The notes below the pieces were generated by a model that saw nothing but the letters and a program-made list of their open reading frames with translations, did not search any database and had not been told where the DNA came from. A DNA stretch of 48,956 nucleotides from Verrucomicrobiota bacterium (GTDB lineage Bacteria; Verrucomicrobiota; Verrucomicrobiia; Methylacidiphilales; JBCCWR01). The position numbers and the translations under genes are program-made. Within the stretch, counting starts at the first letter, position 1; each line of letters starts with the position of its first letter. Positions 40,647 through 48,956 of the stretch are shown one piece after another. Location: positions 1-48,956 of the forward strand of contig JBCCWR010000004.1 of assembly GCA_039193385.1 (NCBI GenBank), given 5' to 3'.

Positions 40647-43172
40647 ATGAATAACTTCACACCAAGAGCCCAACAAGTGTTGGCTCTAGCCCGTAAAGAG
40701 GCAGATAGGTTCAATCATAATTACGTAGGCACCGAGCATCTTTTGCTCGGGTTGATCAAACTAGGTCAGGGCGTAGCCGTTAATGTTTTGCAAAAGATGG
40801 GACTGGATCTTGAAACAGTTCGCATGGAAGTTGAAAAACAAGTGGGCTCTGGGCCTGATACAAAAATGTCGGGAAATATTCCCTACACACCACGTGTGAA
40901 AAAAGTGCTGGCATTAGCTGGAAAAGAAGCCAAAGCATTAAGTCATAGCTACGTAGGAACAGAGCATATCTTACTGGGTTTATTGCGCGAGGGCGATGGA
41001 GTTGCTGCGCGTGTATTAAAAAGTCTCGATGTTGACATTGAACGGGCTCGTAATGAAGTTCTTAAAGAACTGGACCCAAACTTTGAAGGTGGAGAACTTG
41101 AAGATGATTTTACTGCATCATCCACAGGAGGCGAACCAGGCAGCGCTGGACAGAAGAAAGATGTAAAAACGCCTGCACTTAAAGCATTTGGCCGTGATCT
41201 TACGGAATATGCCGATAAAGGAGAGCTAGACCCTGTCATTGGGCGTAAGGATGAGATCGAACGAGTTATTCAAATTCTCTGCCGGCGCACAAAAAATAAT
41301 CCTGTGTTGATAGGCGAAGCTGGTGTAGGAAAGACGGCTATTGTCGAAGGACTTGCTCAGGAAATTTCTAGCGGTAATGTTCCTGAAATTTTACGTGACA
41401 AAAAAGTCATCACTCTTGATTTAGCACTCATGGTTGCTGGCACGAAATACCGTGGCCAATTCGAGGAACGAATAAAAGCAGTCATGGAGGAAATTCGTAA
41501 ATCTAAAAATGTGCTGCTTTTTATTGATGAGATGCACACCATTGTTGGAGCTGGTTCTGCAGAAGGTGCTATGGATGCTTCTAATATTGTAAAGCCTGCT
41601 CTTTCACGAGGTGAATTGCAGTGTATAGGTGCTACAACCATGAATGAGTACCGTAAGTACATTGAAAAGGACTCGGCTTTAGAGCGTAGATTCCAAACAG
41701 TTAAGGTAGAAGCGCCTAGCGTTGATGAAGCTATTGAGATTCTCAAAGGATTACGTCCGAAATATGAGCATCATCACAAAGCAAAAATTTCTGATGAGGC
41801 TGTATCAGCTGCCGTAAAACTCAGTGATCGTTATCTAACAGGCCGTTATCTTCCAGATAAAGCAATTGATGTTATGGATGAAGCCGGAGCGCGTGCCAGA
41901 ATAGGTGCCACCATGATGCCTACTGATTTGAAAAATCGCGAGGGTGAGATAGAGACTATCAAATTCAGCAAAGAAACTGCTATTAAAGAGCAGGATTTTG
42001 AAAAAGCTGCCTCTTTACGTGATGAAGAAAAAGACGCTAAAGAAGCACTTGAAAAAGCTCTAGCAGAATGGCGGAAGAAGCGTGATGAGCAAGAGGTCAA
42101 TGTCACAGACGATGATATTATGCATATTGTTTCCAAGTGGACTGGTGTGCCTCTAACCCGCATGGAAGATAAAGAAATGAGTCGACTGCTCAATATTGCC
42201 GAGCAACTCAGAAAGAATGTTATAGGCCAGGAGGAAGGTGTTGAAGCGCTTGCTAAGGCGTTGCGTCGCTCACGTGCTGATTTGAAAGATCCTAATCGAC
42301 CTATTGGCTCCTTTATCTTTCTGGGCCCAACTGGTGTGGGTAAGACTCACTTAGCAAAAAGTTTGGCAAAACATGTATTTGGCGAAGAAGAAGCACTCAT
42401 TCAAATGGATATGAGTGAATTTATGGAGAAATTCAATGTTTCACGCTTAATTGGATCTCCTCCAGGCTATGTTGGATATGAGGAAGGTGGACAATTAACG
42501 GAAAAAGTTCGCCGCAGACCCTACAGTGTAGTTCTTTTCGATGAGATAGAGAAAGCACATCCTGATGTATGGAATATATTGTTGCAGATCTTAGAGGATG
42601 GTCAGATTACAGATAGTTTGTCTCGTAAGATTGATTTCAGAAACACCATCATAATTATGACCTCAAATGTTGGTGCTGAGCTTATCAAAAAGCAGAATGT
42701 AATGGGCTTTGGTTCAAGTTCTGAGGAATCGGATTATGAAGCGACTAAAGACAAATTGCTGGCTGAGGCAAAAAAGGTTTTTAAACCTGAATTCCTTAAT
42801 CGCCTTACAGACATCATTGTCTTCCATTCTTTAAATAAAAAGCATCTTAGTAAGATTGTAAATATTGAGGTTCAATTGGTCGTAGATCGCTTAGAGAAAA
42901 AGGGAATGGGTCTTGAACTTTCTGAAGAAGCTACGAATTTTCTCATCGAGAAAGGGCATGATCCCTCCTATGGAGCACGGCCGTTACGTCGAGCTATCGA
43001 GAGGCATTTGGAAGATCCTATTGCTGAAGAAATCATACGAGCTAAAATTAAGGAGGGTGATAAAATTCGCGTCAATGTGAAGAATAAAGAACTAACCTTT
43101 GATAAGGCTGAGAATTCAAAGCAAAAAGATGATGAAGTTGCTTCTCCAACTTCTGGTTCGAGCAAGGAATAG
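40647..43172 (+). CDS. clpC: ATP-dependent Clp protease ATPase ClpC
   Basis: Two Clp-N repeats (YVGTEH), GEAGVGKT, UVR middle domain (FEKAASLRD), GPTGVGKT, MGF ClpP-docking loop. Confidence 0.97.
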   Translation: MNNFTPRAQQVLALARKEADRFNHNYVGTEHLLLGLIKLGQGVAVNVLQKMGLDLETVRMEVEKQVGSGPDTKMSGNIPYTPRVKKVLALAGKEAKALSHSYVGTEHILLGLLREGDGVAARVLKSLDVDIERARNEVLKELDPNFEGGELEDDFTASSTGGEPGSAGQKKDVKTPALKAFGRDLTEYADKGELDPVIGRKDEIERVIQILCRRTKNNPVLIGEAGVGKTAIVEGLAQEISSGNVPEILRDKKVITLDLALMVAGTKYRGQFEERIKAVMEEIRKSKNVLLFIDEMHTIVGAGSAEGAMDASNIVKPALSRGELQCIGATTMNEYRKYIEKDSALERRFQTVKVEAPSVDEAIEILKGLRPKYEHHHKAKISDEAVSAAVKLSDRYLTGRYLPDKAIDVMDEAGARARIGATMMPTDLKNREGEIETIKFSKETAIKEQDFEKAASLRDEEKDAKEALEKALAEWRKKRDEQEVNVTDDDIMHIVSKWTGVPLTRMEDKEMSRLLNIAEQLRKNVIGQEEGVEALAKALRRSRADLKDPNRPIGSFIFLGPTGVGKTHLAKSLAKHVFGEEEALIQMDMSEFMEKFNVSRLIGSPPGYVGYEEGGQLTEKVRRRPYSVVLFDEIEKAHPDVWNILLQILEDGQITDSLSRKIDFRNTIIIMTSNVGAELIKKQNVMGFGSSSEESDYEATKDKLLAEAKKVFKPEFLNRLTDIIVFHSLNKKHLSKIVNIEVQLVVDRLEKKGMGLELSEEATNFLIEKGHDPSYGARPLRRAIERHLEDPIAEEIIRAKIKEGDKIRVNVKNKELTFDKAENSKQKDDEVASPTSGSSKE

Positions 43173-43223
43173 TAACTCTCAAGATATAAATTATTTAAAG
43201 CTTTTTTGAATAATGAACGGCTT

Positions 43224-43838
43224 TTAATTTTCAGGAAATTCTTCTGGAGGTGTGATGCCTAGATCATCTTCCATTGATGATTCACCTGCATCTTGTAATT
43301 TTGCATTAGCAGCAGCTGGCTCTATAGGCTCATGCTGTTTGGCCTGATTAAGTTCATATACTAGCGTTTCTTTGTTGTCTCTGAAACGCTTAACTATAGT
43401 TGTCGTCAGCTGGAAGGTGAAATCTGCGGCAAGTTCAGGACGATTGGATATAAAAGAGCGGAATTTAGCATTAGTGATTTCCAGAGTTTTTACTGGGGTA
43501 AGTGCTTTAACGCTGGCAGTGGCAACACCGGGGTCGAAGAGATTCATTTCTCCAAAGAATTGTCCTGCTGAAAGTATAGCGAGTGATATGAATTTATTGT
43601 TGAGGGTATGATAAACTTCTACTTCACCTGCTATGATAATGAAGAACCGGTCTTGAACCTCACCAAGTGTTACGATTTCATCTTCAGGCGAATAATCATT
43701 TTCTAAAAAAAATAGGTCGAGCATGCGTACAAAGTTTGCATCGAATCCACGAAACAAAGTCATACGACTAATTTCACTAAAAGTAACCATATCGACGAAT
43801 AAACCATAAATTTCTTTCTTTGCCAACATTGATAACAA
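43224..43838 (-). CDS. Stand-alone cyclic-nucleotide-binding-fold protein (no HTH)
   Basis: LF.GF..EIV..G..FFIIIAGEVEV..GQFFGEM.LF..ASVKA; acidic tail. Confidence 0.85.
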   Translation of the reverse strand: MLSMLAKKEIYGLFVDMVTFSEISRMTLFRGFDANFVRMLDLFFLENDYSPEDEIVTLGEVQDRFFIIIAGEVEVYHTLNNKFISLAILSAGQFFGEMNLFDPGVATASVKALTPVKTLEITNAKFRSFISNRPELAADFTFQLTTTIVKRFRDNKETLVYELNQAKQHEPIEPAAANAKLQDAGESSMEDDLGITPPEEFPEN

Positions 43839-43886
43839 AGTGAAAAAAATGATTGAATGAATGGATGATAAAGGAGCCAGTTGAGT

Positions 43887-44609
43887 TTAAACAGCGTTTG
43901 CAAGCCGCTCAGCAAGGCGTTCTGGCAGGCCGGCACTCATTATTTTTTGTTGTGCTTTGGCAATATCATAGGGTACGCGGCGTAACTCTATGGTGTTTTC
44001 TTCTGTATCATACAGGGCATAAGCGGAGCGCCAGTCACCATCACGAGGTTGGCCAACAGACCCGACATTCACGAAATATCTTTTGTCGGGTTTAACATCG
44101 ATTTTACGATAGAAAAATTCATGTACTTTTGTGTCACGAATAAAAACATGCGGTACATGTGTGTGGCCAAAAAAGCAAACCTGTGTGCGCTGGTAGGTGA
44201 AACTGCTTTCTGCCTCAAGTGACGAAAAGACGTATCCCCAACGAGCAGGGCCATCTAATGTTGAATGAACAACTGTGAAGTTAAAAACCGGGCGTTGTAA
44301 AGGGATGGAGCGAAGAAATTGTTTTTGTTCATCAGTCAGATGATCTCGGCTGTACTTCATAGATTGATAGGCAAGCTCATTAAAATGCGAAATATCACGA
44401 TCTTCTGATGCTTCCTCGTCGTGATTTCCCTTAACCACTGGACATCCAAGAGTTCTAACGATTTCTAGGCATTCTGATGGATTTGCGTTGTAACCAACAA
44501 TGTCTCCAATGCATACAAACTGTGTGACCTCTCTTGATTGCATATCTTCAAGGACTGCCTCAAGGGCCTCTAAATTACTATGTATGTCTCCAAATATTCC
44601 AATCCGCAC
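43887..44609 (-). CDS. Calcineurin-like metallophosphoesterase
   Basis: DIHSN, GDIVGY, GNHD, VH, GHTH, NVGSVGQPRDGD motifs. Confidence 0.95.
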   Translation of the reverse strand: MRIGIFGDIHSNLEALEAVLEDMQSREVTQFVCIGDIVGYNANPSECLEIVRTLGCPVVKGNHDEEASEDRDISHFNELAYQSMKYSRDHLTDEQKQFLRSIPLQRPVFNFTVVHSTLDGPARWGYVFSSLEAESSFTYQRTQVCFFGHTHVPHVFIRDTKVHEFFYRKIDVKPDKRYFVNVGSVGQPRDGDWRSAYALYDTEENTIELRRVPYDIAKAQQKIMSAGLPERLAERLANAV

Positions 44610-44654
44610 AACGTCTTATTCCACTAAATCATTTTAAAAAGTAAAGTATCTATC

Positions 44655-45434
44655 CTATTCTTCGATAGAAAGTTCTTTCCTGAGTGTAAAGATTCTTCTT
44701 TTAACCCTTTCCCATTGAGGACTTTGTTTTTCTGCAGGACTGAGCTTAGGCCAAACTTCCATCCAATAAGCGTATTCAGCTTGTGTATCGCCAGCTTCAA
44801 AATACATGTAGCCAGGGAAACGTATGAGAAAATGTTTTGAATCGGGTAAATCAGATGCTTTTTTATAGAATTCTGCGGCTGTATAAAAATCATGAAGCCG
44901 TCTGGCATGTAGATCTGCCATTCTAGCATAAAGTTCTGAGCTTTCTGGATTAATACTTATACCGCGCTCCAAAAGCTTTCGGCCTTCCTCAATCCACATC
45001 TTTGATTCTTTGTTGCGACCAAATTCACTGGGATTATCACCATTACGAAGTGCTGAACTACTTGCATTCCAGGCAAGATGCCATGCTCCAAAGTCCCAGA
45101 AAAAATCTACTCTTGGTTGAGCTAGCACGGCCAGTTCAATATTCTTTTTAACGCGGCTCCATTGTTGGTTTTCCCAAGCTTTTGTTACATCGTGCCAGGC
45201 AAAGTTGGCTGCAACACCGCGGAAACCACTTAGTGCTGCCAGCATAAGTCCCTGACCCATAGCATCACGAAAGTCATAAGTTAATTTTGTGGAACTACCA
45301 TGTCGGAACTCTGCTTGTTCGTTGCCGATAGTATTTTCCCAGGTCCATTTCGCATATCCCCAACTCATAAGTAAGATAGCGATAAAGCACCAAAATAAAA
45401 GGTTGTGCCTAAGAAAATGTAAGTTAAGAACCAT
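44655..45434 (-). CDS. Membrane-anchored helical/TPR-like hypothetical protein
   Basis: N-terminal TM, LSGFRGVAANFAW, QPR..FW..GAWHLAWN, LERGISINP; start overlaps the permease stop (TAATG). Confidence 0.75.
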   Translation of the reverse strand: MVLNLHFLRHNLLFWCFIAILLMSWGYAKWTWENTIGNEQAEFRHGSSTKLTYDFRDAMGQGLMLAALSGFRGVAANFAWHDVTKAWENQQWSRVKKNIELAVLAQPRVDFFWDFGAWHLAWNASSSALRNGDNPSEFGRNKESKMWIEEGRKLLERGISINPESSELYARMADLHARRLHDFYTAAEFYKKASDLPDSKHFLIRFPGYMYFEAGDTQAEYAYWMEVWPKLSPAEKQSPQWERVKRRIFTLRKELSIEE

Positions 45435-46342
45435 TAAAATTCACGCCCTTCAAAGATAGCCGCAGCCAGAGCGAGAAGCACTGTTACATAAAGTGCAGAA
45501 TACTGGAGCATCTCTAGAGTCATGGACCAGGAGACGTTTTTGCCCGCTATGATTTCATCTATTAAATTGTATAGTTCAAAATCTGGCACGAGCCAGCCTA
45601 CTAATGTAATGAAAGTAATTTTCAAAAACGTGCTTTCAACAGAATGTTCACCCCACTCTAGTCGAACAATATGCAGTAAATTCCCCACAAGATAAACCAT
45701 TAAAGTTATGCTTACAATAAAAGAGGTTGAACTGGCTATTGTTGAGAGTAATACAGCTAACCCTCCTATGACACACAACTTTGCCCATACAAGTAAAACA
45801 GCTTGGATAAGTCGTGGGTCGCGTGATGCATTTTGAATTTCTTCGATGTGTGACTTAATTCCATCATTTAAGTGATCGGATGAACCTAAAAGCCACTGTA
45901 ACCAGTTTAAGGGTGTTTCTATTGTGATAACTCGCATTTCCTGGATAAGCAGAATGACACTAAAAAAAGTGGATAGCATAATAACGATAATGCTGAGAAG
46001 GGCTATAAGTCCTATATACTTGCCCAATATAAACTCAAAACGCCACACCGGCTTAGCTAAAGTAGTATAAAGCGTACGTCGTTCGATCTCGGCGGGTATG
46101 AGCTGTGCTGCACCAATGAGTGCTACAACCATGCCTGTAATGCTAATACCTGCATAACCTAGGTCCTTAAGAAATTTGAATTGTTCACGAAAAGCTAAAT
46201 CTGCCATGAACAATGAACCGGCTATAAACACAAGTCCGCAAAGTACAACGACAAGCATGACTTTTTGACGTAAGGCCTCTGTAAGTGTGTTTACAGCAAT
46301 AGCGCGAATACGAATAATACTCTCAATCATGCCATTGATCAT
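45434..46342 (-). CDS. ABC-2 type permease
   Basis: Multiple TMs; EIERRTLYTTLAKPVWRFEFILGKY motif. Confidence 0.9.
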   Translation of the reverse strand: MINGMIESIIRIRAIAVNTLTEALRQKVMLVVVLCGLVFIAGSLFMADLAFREQFKFLKDLGYAGISITGMVVALIGAAQLIPAEIERRTLYTTLAKPVWRFEFILGKYIGLIALLSIIVIMLSTFFSVILLIQEMRVITIETPLNWLQWLLGSSDHLNDGIKSHIEEIQNASRDPRLIQAVLLVWAKLCVIGGLAVLLSTIASSTSFIVSITLMVYLVGNLLHIVRLEWGEHSVESTFLKITFITLVGWLVPDFELYNLIDEIIAGKNVSWSMTLEMLQYSALYVTVLLALAAAIFEGREF

Positions 46343-47280
46343 TTACTTTTTGATTTACCTTTATGCTTCAGAGGTTTATCCAAATCTGATTTATCACGCC
46401 CTAGCAAATTGATGAAAAATGATTCAAGGCTTTCATGTGAGGGTTCACATGTAACAGAGCAATCTAGTTTCTGTTGTAAGAGATCTTTTACCTCTTGAAT
46501 TTTCGCTTCGCTTAACCCATGTAAACGCATGACATAATCTTGATGGTTTGTCAGCATATCATTAAGTCTGCCATATCGTAACTTTCGCCCACGCTCAAGA
46601 ATGACAACACGATCAACTATATCTTCTACTTGTTCCAATAAATGTGAGGAAAAGATAATGGTTTTCCCCTGTTCTTTGAGTTTGATCATTAGGTCGCGAA
46701 TACGTCTTGACCCTATCGGATCGACACCTGCAGTTGGCTCATCGAGTAGTAGAAGTTCAGGTTCATGTAATAATGCCTGTGCTAAGCCAATACGTTGTAG
46801 CATGCCTTTTGAATAGGTCCGTATCCTGCGTTGTGCTGCATGTTTAAGATCAACTAGCTCAAATAGATTTCTAATGCGCTCATGTAATTTCTTGCCATGT
46901 AGGCCACAGAGCTCTCCAAAATATCGAAGCATCTCCTCGCCGGTTAAAAACTGTGGAAAGTAAGGATTCTCGGGAAGAAAGCCGATAGATTTTTTAGCCT
47001 GCATGGTTCCTGCAGTATGACCGAAAATTTTAATCTGTCCTTTGGTCGGGTAAAGTAGGCCAAGCATGAGCTTCATGGTAGTGCTTTTGCCAGATCCATT
47101 CGGTCCTAATAGTCCAAAAATCTCTCCACGTTGAACTTCAAGATCCAGTTCTTCTAAGGCAATTAAAGATTTCTTTTGCCATCTTAAAGAAAACAATTTC
47201 TGTAAGCCTTGAATCTCAACAGCTGGAACAATTGCACGTTTCTGAACTCTATCAAAATGAGACAAAGTTTTCTTAATCAT
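46339..47280 (-). CDS. ABC transporter ATP-binding protein
   Basis: Walker A GPNGSGKST, signature YSKGM, Walker B LLLLDEP, SSH. Confidence 0.96.
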   Translation of the reverse strand: MIKKTLSHFDRVQKRAIVPAVEIQGLQKLFSLRWQKKSLIALEELDLEVQRGEIFGLLGPNGSGKSTTMKLMLGLLYPTKGQIKIFGHTAGTMQAKKSIGFLPENPYFPQFLTGEEMLRYFGELCGLHGKKLHERIRNLFELVDLKHAAQRRIRTYSKGMLQRIGLAQALLHEPELLLLDEPTAGVDPIGSRRIRDLMIKLKEQGKTIIFSSHLLEQVEDIVDRVVILERGRKLRYGRLNDMLTNHQDYVMRLHGLSEAKIQEVKDLLQQKLDCSVTCEPSHESLESFFINLLGRDKSDLDKPLKHKGKSKSK

Positions 47281-47395
47281 AAAACGTACAATTGTTTAAT
47301 GCTTAGTTTTATTTTAAAGCAAAAAATCTTTCCAGCATAATCAACACCCATGGTAATGATGTGAAAATGATATTAATATTTTTCGTGTTTGTAAC

Positions 47396-48475
47396 TTAAA
47401 ATAAGAGCTTATAGCCAACGGTAATCATATAATCATTTTCTAATCTGTAACCATTATGATCTCTGAATAAGGGTAGTTTAGCATCAATACCAAGTTGATG
47501 ATTATCGAAAGCTTCATGTGGAACTTGGATATTGAGACCAAAATTTACATCGAGCTCTTGAAAGCCGTAGTTCTCAGCATAAGCTGTTGTAACAGTCCTT
47601 CCCGCAGGAGAGGTGGTCGCAATATTACTCTGGTTGCCTTTTAAGTCATCCTGCCATTTATAGCCTAGGCCTACATTGAGACTAATCCAGTCTGCTACTT
47701 TCCAAGCGCTCCAAATGTCAGTAGCAAACTCATCCCCCCATCTGTAGTGATGATTGTTATCATGTGGACGAATAGCACCACGTATCTGTAGACCGTATGA
47801 CAGATATGAGAAGTCATGAACAAAAGTAATGGAAGGGTGGATATCCCATGTTCCCGTGCCAAGTTGCATACTTGCAGGTAGTTGCCTGTCTACGAGTGGT
47901 TGTCCAGCTGCGGGTGTTTTATCTTGTTCTGATATAGAACCTGTGGGCATGCTCAGTCCTAATCCAATATGAAGTTTTACATTATTATTATGCACAAGAT
48001 TATAGAGTGCAGTAAGTTTGGTGTCGCCAACTCCTTCTGTGTTTGTGGTAAAGCTAGATGATCCGTTGTTAAAATTAGCCAATGGAGCAAAAAGAATGGT
48101 ATGATCCATCTCTATGAAATTATAACTACTCATTAGCATTAACGTAAGATTATCAGTGGGTGCGTACATTAACCCCATCATATGCATTTCTTTAATCATT
48201 TTTGTTGGAGTTACAGCATAATTATCTGCCGATAATTGAGCGTTTGAAACAGAGGATGTTCCTTGTCTCATACCTTCCATATGCATGTTCATATAACGAT
48301 ACGAAAGCATCCACCCTCCTTTGCTATGGGTATGATCTCCCATAATAGAGATGGGTGCATATGAATCTGAGTGTGAGTGATGATGTGTGTGTGTTTCTTC
48401 TTCTGCTTCAGCAGATGATAATATGTTTGTGTATGTAAATACAGTTAAGGTAGTTATGTAAAAAAAATATTTCAT
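47396..48475 (-). CDS. His/Met-rich outer-membrane beta-barrel protein, possible metal-uptake porin
   Basis: Signal peptide, THTHHHSHS, APISIMGDHTH..WMLSYRYM.M, amphipathic strands, C-terminal Phe (VGYKLLF). Confidence 0.75.
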   Translation of the reverse strand: MKYFFYITTLTVFTYTNILSSAEAEEETHTHHHSHSDSYAPISIMGDHTHSKGGWMLSYRYMNMHMEGMRQGTSSVSNAQLSADNYAVTPTKMIKEMHMMGLMYAPTDNLTLMLMSSYNFIEMDHTILFAPLANFNNGSSSFTTNTEGVGDTKLTALYNLVHNNNVKLHIGLGLSMPTGSISEQDKTPAAGQPLVDRQLPASMQLGTGTWDIHPSITFVHDFSYLSYGLQIRGAIRPHDNNHHYRWGDEFATDIWSAWKVADWISLNVGLGYKWQDDLKGNQSNIATTSPAGRTVTTAYAENYGFQELDVNFGLNIQVPHEAFDNHQLGIDAKLPLFRDHNGYRLENDYMITVGYKLLF

Positions 48476-48956
48476 TTATGCATCTTTCTTATTATCCATC
48501 AGGGGCCTCAATCGGTTTTTAACTCTACAGCGTGTATATTTATCCCCATGGTTAAACCCAAAATATCGTAGTACGCCACGTTTTGTGCCGTAGCTCTAGC
48601 TAAAATTCCGCAATGCCGCAGCCCATGAAAATATTGTAGTGCAATCTCGTCGCGTCTCTAGGGTATCACAGGCCATCTCCAGCAGCCTCTCTGATGTCTC
48701 GAGCAGCCTACAGCAAAGTCGAGTACGTGATTTGGGAATGCACCTCTGGCGCTCTGATAAACTTGGATAAACTCTAGCTGCACTAAACTAGTCCTTTACA
48801 GTGCCACCACAACACGTTTTACTCAGTCTTCAATGTCATTGCCACATTGCTGGCGCCTGCGGAATGCATCACGTGAAGGACACGTGCTCGGCCACGTGTA
48901 TGCCCATTCTACGATAACGCCACTTGACACATGTTTCAAAATGTGAGAGGTTTTCA

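Noticed and set aside
1324-44929. Many short overlapping or antisense ORFs in the ORF track (e.g. 1324-1767, 12099-12548, 20697-21155, 22100-22603, 24626-25057, 41357-41746)
   Set aside because: They are shadows of well-supported genes with no recognisable motifs.
47363-47381. Fur-box-like GAAAATGATATTAATATTT
   Set aside because: Only 13/19 match in very AT-rich DNA, and it lies downstream of the metal-related gene.
48502-48860. tmRNA-like start GGGGCCTCAATCGGTTTTTAAC
   Set aside because: No GGxTTCGAC match, no T-arm/acceptor 3' end at the expected distance, and no tag ORF ending in a stop after ALAA.
48740-48875. Cobalamin riboswitch upstream of the porin gene (minus strand has GCACTGTAA and GCCAGAG)
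   Set aside because: The core GGGAA, GCCACTG/GGGAAG and AGACC elements are not present in the right order.
1-48956. CRISPR array, rRNA, prophage or IS element
   Set aside because: No regularly spaced repeats, rRNA signatures, or phage/transposase ORFs were seen.

Overview
This is a gene-dense, AT-rich bacterial chromosome segment. Gene content points to Verrucomicrobiota (an Amuc_1098-1102-type pilus cluster, mcsB-clpC, Chlamydia-like RpoB signature). In order it holds: the 3' part of a complex I operon (nuoJKLMN); an iscA / J-domain / Hsp70 (hscBA-like) trio; an Akkermansia-type pilus/secretin cluster with two tandem secretins; carA; an FHA protein; tRNA-Thr, tuf, tRNA-Trp, secE, nusG, rplKAJL, rpoBC; a LysR/pirin/nitroreductase module; sufT; a second FHA protein; mcsB-clpC; a minus-strand ABC/TPR/phosphoesterase/cNMP operon; a His-rich outer-membrane protein; and about 480 bp of unexplained, GC-richer sequence at the end. 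The most striking observation is in the complex I membrane arm. Its reading frames are intact, but several buried charged proton-pumping residues of NuoK, NuoL and NuoM are replaced by uncharged residues, while NuoN keeps all of them. I found no CRISPR array, rRNA, transposase or integrase. Residue equivalences to E. coli come from motif alignment by eye and need confirming.
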